This document shows positions 32,472 to 41,323 of a stretch of DNA of 64,000 nt, one piece after another. This stretch comes from an uncultured Flavobacterium sp. Its GTDB lineage: Bacteria > Bacteroidota > Bacteroidia > Flavobacteriales > Flavobacteriaceae. The DNA lies in the NCBI GenBank assembly GCA_963512955.1, contig CAUPOP010000010.1, positions 14,157-78,156 on the forward strand, in the 5' to 3' direction. The translations under genes were made by a program, and so were the position numbers. Each line of letters begins with the position of its first letter. Within the stretch, counting starts at the first letter, position 1. A model generated the notes under the pieces. It worked only from the letters and a program-made list of their open reading frames with translations. It was not told the origin of the DNA and ran no database searches.

Positions 32472-35318
32472 ATGATGACTAAAAACAAATGGTCAAATTT
32501 CGTAAATTGGTTTGTAATTAGACCTAAGACTTCAGGTTTCTTAATATTCCTTGTGTTAAGCGTCGCTATTATTTTAATTAGCGTACAACGTTATTACATC
32601 CTCAAAGAAGAACAAGAAACCGAAATGAATTTTGTTTTAAAGGATATTCATCAAAAGATTGAACAATCGCTCAAAAACTGTTATGTAACCACAACTGCCC
32701 TTGCTCTCACTATTAATGATAATGGGATTCCTAAAAACTTTGATGCAGTAAGCAAGCAATTGCTAGAATCAAATCATATTGTAAGTGTTGTACAATTAGT
32801 TCCAAACGGAATTATCAAGTATGTCTATCCTCTGAAAGGGAATGAAGCCGCATTAGGATTAGACATTCTTAGTTCAAAATCTCTTAAAGATGAAGCGTGG
32901 AAAGCGGTTAAAACCAAAAAAATCTATTTTGCAGGCCCTTTAAATCTAAAACAAGGAGGTTTTGGAATTGTTGGCAGACTTCCTGTTTATAATAATGATA
33001 ATAAATTTTGGGGATTTTCAGCCGTTGTTATAAAATTCAGTTCCTTACTAAAAGCTTCCGGAATTGAAACTATCGATAAATCTAAATATTCGTTTCAATT
33101 TTCAAAGATAAATCCAGAGACAAAGGCTGAAGAGTTTCTTATTCATAATAAATTTGACACTACTAAAAATGATTTTGTGTCCTATCAAATGCCTGATAGT
33201 GATTGGAAAATATATTTGATTTCAAAAAAGTCGAATTTTAATAATGCTATAATTTTACTACCTGGCATATTAGGGCTGATTTTAGCAATTCTATTTGGTA
33301 TTTTAACAACAAAACTTATTGAAAAACCAAAAGAATTACAATTATTGGTGAACAATCAATCATCAACAATTTTAAAAAACGAAATGAAATTTAAGGCTAT
33401 TTTTGATCAAGCCACAGTAGGTTTTGCAATTATTGGAGCCGATTCCGGAAATTTTATTGAAGTAAATAGTAAGCTGTGTAGCATGTTAGGCTATACACAA
33501 GAAGAGTTTATAGATAAAAATTTTTCGCTTTTTACGCATCCTGATGACATCAGTAAAAGCATTCAGAATTTAAAGAACTTACGAGAAGGAAAAGTCAGAG
33601 AATATTCGGCTGAAAAGCGTTATATAGCAAAATCTGGGAAAATTATTTGGGTCAATGTAACCGTTTCACCACTTTGGAAAGCAAATGAAGCTCCAAGTAC
33701 TAATATTGTTTTTATAAAAGATATTACCTTACGTAAAAAAGCGCAGTTTTTAATTGAAAAAAGCGAAACTCGTTTTAGAACACTCTTTGACAGTTCTCCA
33801 CTTCCGTTATGGGAGCAAGATTTATCGGGAGTAAAAAAGCATTTATATGATTTAAATTTAATGCACAAAGACCCTGAAATTGTATATGACTTTTTTGATA
33901 AAAATCCAGATGAAATAAATCGTTGCGTTTCATTAACAAAAATAATCGATGTTAATTATGAATGTCTGAATCTACTTAAAGTTGAAGACAAAACCACGTT
34001 TTTTGAGAATCTTACACAACTAATCGATAATGATACTATTGAATCCATTAAGCTACAATTAGTTGCCATTTCACAAGATGCGAAACAATTTGGTATTGAT
34101 ACTAGAATACGAATAGCAAATGGAGAATATCGTGACATCAACTTAAGATGGAATGTAATTCAAGGCTATGAAGACACATTAAAAAGAGTAATTCTTTCAA
34201 CACAAGACATTACGGATCGTAAGGCTTCTGAAAAAATAATTCTCGATTCACAAACAAGAACTAAATCTTTAATTAATGCCATAGATGGTATTGTTTGGGA
34301 ATATGATATTTATACTGAAAAATTCACTTTTATCAGTCAAAAGGTTCAAGATATATTAGGCTATAAATCCAAAGAATGGTTGAAAACACCTCATTTTTGG
34401 GAAAATCATATCCATCCTGAAGATAAAGATTGGGTTATTGAGTTTTGTAATCCTTCCAGAATGGATAATTCAAACCGTGATTTTGAGTACAGAATGATTT
34501 CTAAAACAGGGAAAATTGTTTGGATAAGAGATATTGTCAATTTTGTTTTTGAAAATAATGTTGCCGTTAGTTTGCGTGGTATTATGATTGACATCACAAA
34601 AAATAAAGAATCCGAAAATGACTTAAACAACTCCTTTCAATTAGTAACAGAGCAAAACAAACGTTTATTGAATTTCTCCTATATTGTTTCACACAATTTG
34701 AGATCACATACCAGTAACATTGAATCTATTACAAGTTTAATGGATTCATCTGAATCAGAAGAGGAAAGAGAGCAAATGATGCAATTATTAAAATCCGTTT
34801 CCAATTCACTTAGTGAAACTATGGATCATCTTAATGAAGTCATCAATATAAATACGAATATAGATTTAGTTACAAAACCATTAAACTTAAATCAATACAT
34901 CCAAAATACAGAAACACTATTGTGTGAACAAATACAATTGCATGAGGTAACAATTGTTTCAGATATTCCAGATGATTTAGACATTAATTATAATCCAGCC
35001 TATTTAGAAAGCATTCTTTATAATTTGATTTCAAATGCTATTCGATATAGGCATCCACAAAGAAAACCAATAATCACAATCAAATGGTATAAAGAAAAGG
35101 AGACAAATATTATTGAAATTGAAGACAATGGAATTGGAATTGACTTAAAAAGAAATGGTGATAAAATTTTTGGAATGTATAAAACATTCACTGTAAATCC
35201 AGATTCTAGAGGAATTGGATTATTTATTACCAGAAATCAAATTGAAGCGATGGGAGGACACATTACTGTTGAAAGTGAACCTAACAAAGGGACAACATTT
35301 AAAATCTATATGAAATGA
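32472..35318 (+). CDS. sensor histidine kinase (CHASE - TM - PAS repeats - HisKA - HATPase_c)
   Basis: CHASE-like PLKGNEAALGLDILS...AGPLNLKQGGFGIVGRLPVY, PAS-like segments, H-box SYIVSHNLRSH, N-box LISNAIRY, G-boxes EDNGIGID and GIGLFITRNQIEAMGG. Confidence 0.85.
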   Translation: MMTKNKWSNFVNWFVIRPKTSGFLIFLVLSVAIILISVQRYYILKEEQETEMNFVLKDIHQKIEQSLKNCYVTTTALALTINDNGIPKNFDAVSKQLLESNHIVSVVQLVPNGIIKYVYPLKGNEAALGLDILSSKSLKDEAWKAVKTKKIYFAGPLNLKQGGFGIVGRLPVYNNDNKFWGFSAVVIKFSSLLKASGIETIDKSKYSFQFSKINPETKAEEFLIHNKFDTTKNDFVSYQMPDSDWKIYLISKKSNFNNAIILLPGILGLILAILFGILTTKLIEKPKELQLLVNNQSSTILKNEMKFKAIFDQATVGFAIIGADSGNFIEVNSKLCSMLGYTQEEFIDKNFSLFTHPDDISKSIQNLKNLREGKVREYSAEKRYIAKSGKIIWVNVTVSPLWKANEAPSTNIVFIKDITLRKKAQFLIEKSETRFRTLFDSSPLPLWEQDLSGVKKHLYDLNLMHKDPEIVYDFFDKNPDEINRCVSLTKIIDVNYECLNLLKVEDKTTFFENLTQLIDNDTIESIKLQLVAISQDAKQFGIDTRIRIANGEYRDINLRWNVIQGYEDTLKRVILSTQDITDRKASEKIILDSQTRTKSLINAIDGIVWEYDIYTEKFTFISQKVQDILGYKSKEWLKTPHFWENHIHPEDKDWVIEFCNPSRMDNSNRDFEYRMISKTGKIVWIRDIVNFVFENNVAVSLRGIMIDITKNKESENDLNNSFQLVTEQNKRLLNFSYIVSHNLRSHTSNIESITSLMDSSESEEEREQMMQLLKSVSNSLSETMDHLNEVININTNIDLVTKPLNLNQYIQNTETLLCEQIQLHEVTIVSDIPDDLDINYNPAYLESILYNLISNAIRYRHPQRKPIITIKWYKEKETNIIEIEDNGIGIDLKRNGDKIFGMYKTFTVNPDSRGIGLFITRNQIEAMGGHITVESEPNKGTTFKIYMK

Positions 35319-35713
35319 AAAAGAAGATAATCTGGGTTGTAGATGACGATGCTATTTACCAAATAATCATAAATAAGATAATACAGAAATCCGATATTTT
35401 TTCAGAAAGCGCTTCATTTAAAAATGGAAAAGAAGCTATTAATGCATTGAAGAATTCAATAAATGATGTTGATTCAATTCCTGATATAATCTTATTAGAT
35501 ATCAATATGCCAGTAATGGATGGATGGGAATTTATGGAAGAAATGAAAATGATTAAATCACAAATCAACAAAAAAATCATCACCTACATTGTAAGTTCTT
35601 CAATTGCTATTGAAGACAAAAACAAGTCTAAAAAATTTGCAGATATTTTTGGATACATCTCAAAACCTGTTTCTGTAAATGATCTATTATCAATTGCTTC
35701 AAAAGAAGAATAA
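35315..35713 (+). CDS. response regulator, receiver domain only
   Basis: VVDDD, PDIILLDINMPVMDG (phospho-acceptor Asp), SKP; ATGA overlap with the kinase gene. Confidence 0.85.
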   Translation: MKKKIIWVVDDDAIYQIIINKIIQKSDIFSESASFKNGKEAINALKNSINDVDSIPDIILLDINMPVMDGWEFMEEMKMIKSQINKKIITYIVSSSIAIEDKNKSKKFADIFGYISKPVSVNDLLSIASKEE

Positions 35714-35754
35714 CAAATAACAATGGCAATATAACATATTGAAATTTCGATACG

Positions 35755-36312
35755 TTATATTGCTATTTCTCTTTTTATTTGTTCTAATGTTTTGTCCGTA
35801 AAAACAAGCTGGTCAACTATTTCTTTTCTTAAAACATCAATATCTTCATAATCAAAATATTTAGCCCAAGAAGTTAAGCCAAGAATATTTCGGATTTGTT
35901 TTATGCGTTTTGTAGTTTCAAAACTCGTCCTAAGAATTGCTCGTTTATCATACTTTGGATTGTTTTTATGCTGATAATTCACTGTATTATTGATGTAATT
36001 TGGTTCTATATAATACAACTTATCTAAAGCATTGTCAGGGTAAAAGGAAGTCCATTCAGCAAAACCTAATTTGATTTTAGATTCTGTTTCTGGCTCTAAA
36101 GGTTCTAATCGCCACTTACTATTCGCTAATCGTCCCCAATGATTTGACAGCCTATACATTCCTATTTTTGTATAATAATAGGTACTACCCGATTTACTTT
36201 GATATTGAGCAACTAATCCTTCAATAGCATGAAGTTTTTCTTCTTGAAATATGCAAAAAGTGTTTTTAAAAGAATTAGGACTGGGACGAAATATTTTTTC
36301 CATAAAAAACAA
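35755..36312 (-). CDS. hypothetical protein
   Basis: 185-aa ORF; the start may be the internal MEKIF Met. No motif recognised. Confidence 0.45.
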   Translation of the reverse strand: MFFMEKIFRPSPNSFKNTFCIFQEEKLHAIEGLVAQYQSKSGSTYYYTKIGMYRLSNHWGRLANSKWRLEPLEPETESKIKLGFAEWTSFYPDNALDKLYYIEPNYINNTVNYQHKNNPKYDKRAILRTSFETTKRIKQIRNILGLTSWAKYFDYEDIDVLRKEIVDQLVFTDKTLEQIKREIAI

Positions 36313-36396
36313 AGATAATCAGAAACTGTAAAACTTCATAAAACAAACAATAATTGATTAACTTTGTAACTTGAAATTTTATAAATAAAACAGATT

Positions 36397-36645
36397 ATGT
36401 CCAAATCATTACAAGAAAAAATGTTGCAAAAAGGAGTTTATACTGGAATCATAGAGAAAGATGAAAACGGAAATTATTTTTGCGGTGAATATCTTTTGGA
36501 TTTTAAAATGGCTCAAGCTAATCATGCTGTAGGAGACTGGATTACTATAAAATCTATCATTGAAAATCCAAGTGATATTAGTTATAACAAATACCCTAAA
36601 AAATCAAAAAACTTCGACAAGGCAAACAATAAGCCTCAGCAATAA
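36397..36645 (+). CDS. hypothetical protein
   Basis: 82-aa ORF, no motif recognised. Confidence 0.35.
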   Translation: MSKSLQEKMLQKGVYTGIIEKDENGNYFCGEYLLDFKMAQANHAVGDWITIKSIIENPSDISYNKYPKKSKNFDKANNKPQQ

Positions 36646-36727
36646 TTAATTTTAATTTTCTGGTTGAATAAAAAGTGTCATTATTTGAATATTTTTTGGT
36701 GATAAACCAAAAAGTTAAAAAAAAGTG

Positions 36728-36735
36728 TACCTTTG
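36728..36735 (+). promoter_or_regulatory. -7 promoter box TACCTTTG
   Basis: Matches the Bacteroidota TAnnTTTG consensus, 70 nt upstream of the ATG at 36806. Confidence 0.35.
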
Positions 36736-36805
36736 CAAAAAATTTGTCATTTCTGAAATTAAATAATTTTAAATTCATACTAAAAGACAAGTAGTTACCT
36801 TATTT

Positions 36806-37246
36806 ATGAAAAAAATAGTTGAATACCGCAAACTGCTAAATGTAGACAAAACTGCAGAGCTTAAAGATTTAAAAACAATTTACCGCAACGCGATGAAAGA
36901 AGCGCATCCTGATAAATTTCAAGGAGATGAAGACGGTTTAAAAGCTGCAGAAGAAAATAGTAAGAAAATTATTGAAGCTTACCATTTCTTGGTTAGTATC
37001 AATCCTGAAACTATAAAACAAAACTTACCTGAATACACAGAAACAATTTCAACTTCAACAATTACAGATTATAAATTTGTTGAAGGAAGATTGATTATTA
37101 ACTTTTCAAACGGAAGTGTTTACGAATACATCAGTGTTCCTAAAGCAACTTATGTAAAAATGGTTAATGCTGATTCTCCAGGAAGATTTGCAAAAAGACA
37201 TATCCTTAATTCTTTTACTTGGAGAAAAACAATCAACCAAGACTAG
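36806..37246 (+). CDS. J-domain protein with C-terminal KTSC domain
   Basis: LKTIYRNAMKEAHPDKF (HPD motif). C-terminal GSVYEYISVPKATYVKMVNADSPGRFAKRHI is KTSC-like. Confidence 0.7.
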   Translation: MKKIVEYRKLLNVDKTAELKDLKTIYRNAMKEAHPDKFQGDEDGLKAAEENSKKIIEAYHFLVSINPETIKQNLPEYTETISTSTITDYKFVEGRLIINFSNGSVYEYISVPKATYVKMVNADSPGRFAKRHILNSFTWRKTINQD

Positions 37247-37263
37247 ATTTAATCTTTATACAA

Positions 37264-37300
37264 AACACAAAAGCACTCTCAAAAAGGGTGCTTTTGTGTT
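37264..37300 (+). terminator. stem-loop after the J-domain gene (weak T-tract)
   Basis: AACACAAAAGCAC-11 nt-GTGCTTTTGTGTT, a perfect 13-bp stem. Confidence 0.5.
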
Positions 37301-37448
37301 ATATACAAAAGTAAAGTGATAAAAAAACACTTTATACGCATTCTTAACCTTAAAAACTAAAACAATAACAAAAATTTAAGTCGTAAAATTATTGATACTT
37401 TATAATTTTAAATACTTTTGCAGACTTAAATCAATTAACTAATTTATA

Positions 37449-38624
37449 ATGAAAAAAATAATTTTATTACTTTCTGCTACTGTTGTATTATTTTCTTGTA
37501 GCAAAGTTGGCAAAGATGAATACATCATTTCAGGTACTGCAACAGGAATTGAAAATGGTAAAACAGTAGTCTTAGAAACTCAAGACGAAAACGGAATGGG
37601 ATTAGTACCAAAAGATACTGTGAAAGTTGAAAATGGTAAATTTGAAATGAAAGGAAAAATTACTGAGCCTGCATTTTATTTCATACAATTAGAAGGAGCT
37701 CAAGGAAAAATCCCTTTGATTCTAGAAAACGGTGAAGTTACTATAGCGGTTAATAAAGATAGTATCCAAAAATCAAAAGTTTCAGGAACTTACAATAATG
37801 ATGAGTACGTTACTTTTAACAATGAAATCATTAAAGTTCAAAAGAAATTAATGGATTTTCAAACTAGCAACACACAATTGATGAATACAGCACAACAAAC
37901 TAAAGATACTGCTGTTATCAATAAATTGATGAAAGAATTTACTAAAATTCAACAAGAAGTTGGTAATGCTTCAAAAGCTAAATACTTAACCTATGCTGAA
38001 ACTCACCCAAAATCATATATTAGTGTATTAATCATTCAAGGAATGCTTAACGATCCTAGTACTGATATGAAAAAAGCGGAGTCTTTGTACAACAGTCTTG
38101 AAGAAGCTGTGAAAAACACTAAACCAGGAAAAGCAATAAAAACAAAATTAGCTGAATTGAAAACACCTTCAGTTGGAGCTAGTCCAGTTGCACCAGCTAC
38201 ACCAGGAGCTGCTAACTGAAGAGCTGACTTTTCTGCACCTAATCCTCAAGGAAAAATAATTTCCTTAAAAGAAAGTTTAGGAAAAGTTACAATAGTTGAT
38301 TTTTGGGCATCATGGTGTGGTCCATGTCGAAAAGAAAATCCAAATGTTGTTGCCATTTATAAAGAGTTACACTCTAAAGGTCTTAATATTATTGGAGTTT
38401 CTTTAGATAAAGATGCCAAAGAATGGAAAGAAGCAATTGCTAAAGATAAATTGACTTGGAATCAGGTTTCAAATTTAAAATTTTGGGATGAACCGATTGC
38501 TGCACAATATAAAGTAGAATCAATCCCTGCAACTTTTATACTTGATGCATCAGGTAAAGTAGTCGCAAAAGATTTAAGAGGCGAAGAGTTGAGAGCTAAA
38601 ATTATTGAACTTTTAGCTAAATAA
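37449..38624 (+). pseudogene. TlpA-family thiol:disulfide oxidoreductase lipoprotein (DUF4369 + thioredoxin fold) interrupted by in-frame TGA at 38217-38219
   Basis: The track ORF ends at 38219. The same frame continues open for 134 more codons: RADFSAPNPQGKIISLKESLGKVTIVDFWASWCGPCRKENP...IPATFILDASGKVVAKDLRG...LLAK, with stop at 38622-38624. N-terminal lipobox LFSC. Confidence 0.8.
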
Positions 38625-38649
38625 ACCGGTTCTTTTGTAGAAATAAAAA

Positions 38650-38677
38650 AAATCTCCCTTGTGGAGATTTTTTTATT
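38650..38677 (+). terminator. rho-independent terminator
   Basis: AAATCTCC-cttgt-GGAGATTT followed by a T-run. Confidence 0.75.
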
Positions 38678-38730
38678 TTATTCAATACCAACAAATTAAA
38701 AATAATACTAAAATTAAGTTCCAATTTAGT

Positions 38731-38760
38731 TTGGAAACAACAAAACAGTTTTTATATTTG
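38731..38760 (+). promoter_or_regulatory. Bacteroidota-type promoter for tRNA-Tyr
   Basis: TTG at 38731-38733 and TATATTTG at 38753-38760, with 19-nt spacing. Confidence 0.5.
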
Positions 38761-38800
38761 CAACCGCTTACCACAATTGAGGTAACAATAATAAAGCTTT

Positions 38801-38881
38801 GGGGAGATACTCAAGCGGCCAACGAGGGCAGACTGTAAATCTGCTGTGTGAACTTCGCAGGTTCGAATCCTGCTCTCCCCA
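38801..38881 (+). tRNA. tRNA-Tyr (anticodon GTA)
   Basis: Acceptor GGGGAGA/TCTCCCC. Anticodon arm GCAGA-CTGTAAA-TCTGC. 12-nt variable region. T-arm GCAGG-TTCGAAT-CCTGC. Discriminator A; CCA not encoded. Confidence 0.9.
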
Positions 38882-38887
38882 CAAAAA

Positions 38888-38917
38888 AAGTCCCGATAAT
38901 TTATCGGGACTTTTTTA
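38888..38917. terminator. bidirectional terminator
   Basis: AAGTCCCGATAA-t-TTATCGGGACTT flanked by A-run and T-run, between the tRNA and a convergent gene. Confidence 0.75.
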
Positions 38918-38938
38918 TTTATAAATTTTCTGTGGTTT

Positions 38939-39637
38939 TTATTCTAAAATAAAACTTACACTCACATTTGCTGTGATATTAATTTCACCTATCGCAAGTG
39001 TTTCTCTTGGGATAGCTTCCCTATCCATTGCCATAGTTTTCATTGCTGCATATACTGGTTGTGGATAATAGGTTTGTGAATTATCTGATATTGTCATAGC
39101 ACGACCTACTTTTTGACCTAATACAGAAACATAATCCTCTGCTTTTAACTTTGCCTCTTTCATCGCTAATTTTCTTGCTTCTGATTGATATTGGGCTAAT
39201 TTAGAAGATTGGAATGTAACATTGTCAATTCTATTAATTCCTTGGTCAACTAAGCCTTCCATTAACTCATCATATTTAGATAAATCTTTTAAAAGAATCT
39301 CAATGGTTTGAGTCGCATTATAGCTGTGCTTCTTTTTTTCGTAATCGTATTGCGGATTCAATGAAACGCGCTGAGTTTTATAATCTGCAGGGGACAAATT
39401 CATTTTTTTAATAAATTTCAAAACAGATTCTATTTTTTGATCGTTTAGTTTTTTTACATCCACAGCACTATTGCCTTTTGTTTCTGTAGATACTGAAATT
39501 GCTGCTTGATCTGGAATCACTTTTACTTTACCTTCACCTGCAACACTAATTTGGGGGATTTGCTTAACTTCTTGTGCATAAGTTACTGTCAGAAACAGCA
39601 TCGCTAAAACTAATACTACTTTTTTCATTGGAATCAT
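38939..39637 (-). CDS. SIMPL-domain (DUF541) periplasmic protein
   Basis: Signal peptide MKKVVLVLAMLFLTVTYAQ, ISVAGEGKVKVIPDQAAISV and the C-terminal GEINITANVSVSFIL pattern. Confidence 0.7.
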   Translation of the reverse strand: MIPMKKVVLVLAMLFLTVTYAQEVKQIPQISVAGEGKVKVIPDQAAISVSTETKGNSAVDVKKLNDQKIESVLKFIKKMNLSPADYKTQRVSLNPQYDYEKKKHSYNATQTIEILLKDLSKYDELMEGLVDQGINRIDNVTFQSSKLAQYQSEARKLAMKEAKLKAEDYVSVLGQKVGRAMTISDNSQTYYPQPVYAAMKTMAMDREAIPRETLAIGEINITANVSVSFILE

Positions 39638-39680
39638 ATATTTAATTATTTATAGAAATTATCTTTCAAAAGTTGTGCCA

Positions 39681-40328
39681 TTAAAGTTTTCCCGTTTTCT
39701 CCATCACAAAAAGAATTATAATTGGAATAGCCAATAAAACCACCATTAAAGTATGATCGACAAACAATTGAGGGTCTTTAATAAGAGTAATCAAATACCC
39801 GCCTATTGCACCTCCAAAATGAGCCGTATGTCCAATATTATCATTCTTAGCCTTCATTCCGTAAATAGAATATAACAAATACAGTATTCCAAAAAGATAC
39901 GCAGGTATTGGAATGATAAAAAAGATTCCCAGCATCATATCTGGTTGCAATAATATAGCAGAATACAAAACTCCAGTTACTGCACCTGATGCCCCAACTG
40001 CTCTATATCCATAATCATTTTTATGAAATACCATTGTTAGCAAACTCCCGAAAATTAAACTTCCAAAATAAATTAATCCAAAAGAAAAATTGCCTAAATA
40101 ACTCGACACAACTGGCGCGAAAAACCAAAGCGTAAGCATATTAAAAATTAAATGGGTTAAATCTGCATGAAGAAAACCAGAAGAAATCATACGAATTTGT
40201 TCTCCTGAACGAATGCTACCTACATGAAATTCATATTTTCTAAAAAAAGACAAATCATTAAAACCTTTATAGCTAATTAGAACATTTATAGCAATTATGG
40301 CTATCAAAATAGTATTCATACAATTCAT
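39681..40328 (-). CDS. rhomboid-family intramembrane serine protease
   Basis: HLIFNMLTLWFF, GASGAVTGVLY (catalytic Ser), HFGGAIGGY (His). Confidence 0.85.
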   Translation of the reverse strand: MNCMNTILIAIIAINVLISYKGFNDLSFFRKYEFHVGSIRSGEQIRMISSGFLHADLTHLIFNMLTLWFFAPVVSSYLGNFSFGLIYFGSLIFGSLLTMVFHKNDYGYRAVGASGAVTGVLYSAILLQPDMMLGIFFIIPIPAYLFGILYLLYSIYGMKAKNDNIGHTAHFGGAIGGYLITLIKDPQLFVDHTLMVVLLAIPIIILFVMEKTGKL

Positions 40329-40394
40329 TTATGGTTAATGGTAAAGATAGTAAATCTCGAAGTTTGATGTAGTTCACATGCAAAATTTATATCA

Positions 40395-40418
40395 TTGTTG
40401 CTTTTTGAGTTATATTTG
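40395..40418 (+). promoter_or_regulatory. Bacteroidota-type promoter
   Basis: TTGTTG at 40395-40400 and TATATTTG at 40411-40418; supports the ATG at 40435. Confidence 0.45.
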
Positions 40419-40434
40419 CATAAAAAAATACTGC

Positions 40435-41304
40435 ATGCAATTTCTTGTTTTCATTATTGCCTTTCCGTTTCTATGGATAATTTCTATCCTGCCATTTCGC
40501 CTTTTTTATTGGTTCTCCGATTTTGTTTATCTAATCGTCTATTATATTATTGGCTACCGAAAAAAAACGGTTCGCTACAATTTAGCTTTAGCTTTCCCAA
40601 ACTTGAGTGCTAAAGAGCGTCTTGTTATTGAAAAAAAATCCTACCACCATTTATGTGATATGTTTTTGGAAATGATAAAAACGATGACTATTTCACCTGA
40701 AGAAATGAATAAAAGATTTGTCATCACTAATCTTGAAGTTGTAAAAGAATTTGAAAAAAAGGGAAAAAGTACTATTCTATTAGCTTCTCATTACGCAAGT
40801 TGGGAATGGTTATTATCGCTTAACGAAAAAACAAGTTTCAAAGGCATTGGGGTTTATAAAAAAATAACCAATAAATATTTTGATAAATTAATCCGAGACA
40901 TTCGCTCTAAATACAAAGCCGAATTAGTCGAAACTAAAAGAGCAATTCCTTTGATGGCTGAAAACCAAGAAAAAGGAATACTTTGCATGTATGGTTTAGC
41001 CAGCGATCAATCACCAAAACTAAACAGAGCTTTTCATTGGGACAAATTTATGGGCGTTGAAGTTCCAGTTCATACAGGCGCCGAAATGCTTGCTAAAAGA
41101 TATGATTTGACCGTTCTTTTTGTAAAAGTAAAAAAGATAAAAAGAGGTTTTTACGAAGCTACATTCGTACCAATAACTGATGATGCCAGATCAATTCCTG
41201 ATTTTGAAATTACCAATATCTTTTTACGTGAAGTAGAAAAACAAATTTTTGAAGCTCCTGAATATTATTTCTGGACGCACAAAAGATGGAAACACAGAAG
41301 GTAA
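40435..41304 (+). CDS. lipid A biosynthesis (Kdo)2-lipid IVA acyltransferase family protein (LpxL/HtrB-like)
   Basis: N-terminal membrane anchor and ASHYASWEW (H-x4-E acyltransferase box). Internal ATG chosen because of the promoter position. Confidence 0.7.
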   Translation: MQFLVFIIAFPFLWIISILPFRLFYWFSDFVYLIVYYIIGYRKKTVRYNLALAFPNLSAKERLVIEKKSYHHLCDMFLEMIKTMTISPEEMNKRFVITNLEVVKEFEKKGKSTILLASHYASWEWLLSLNEKTSFKGIGVYKKITNKYFDKLIRDIRSKYKAELVETKRAIPLMAENQEKGILCMYGLASDQSPKLNRAFHWDKFMGVEVPVHTGAEMLAKRYDLTVLFVKVKKIKRGFYEATFVPITDDARSIPDFEITNIFLREVEKQIFEAPEYYFWTHKRWKHRR

Positions 41305-41323
41305 TTTATCCCAAATTAGTTCC

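Noticed and set aside
38217-38219. In-frame TGA as selenocysteine.
   Set aside because: The codon lies in a Pro/Ala-rich linker about 25 codons upstream of the WCGPC redox motif, not in place of a redox Cys. I saw no obvious SECIS-like hairpin immediately downstream. Pseudogene, sequencing error or readthrough are more likely.
40378-40613. Upstream ATG at 40378 for the acyltransferase, and the overlapping 72-aa ORF at 40395-40613.
   Set aside because: A TATATTTG -7 box at 40411-40418 places the transcription start after 40378. The 72-aa frame is an alternate-frame shadow of the acyltransferase membrane anchor.
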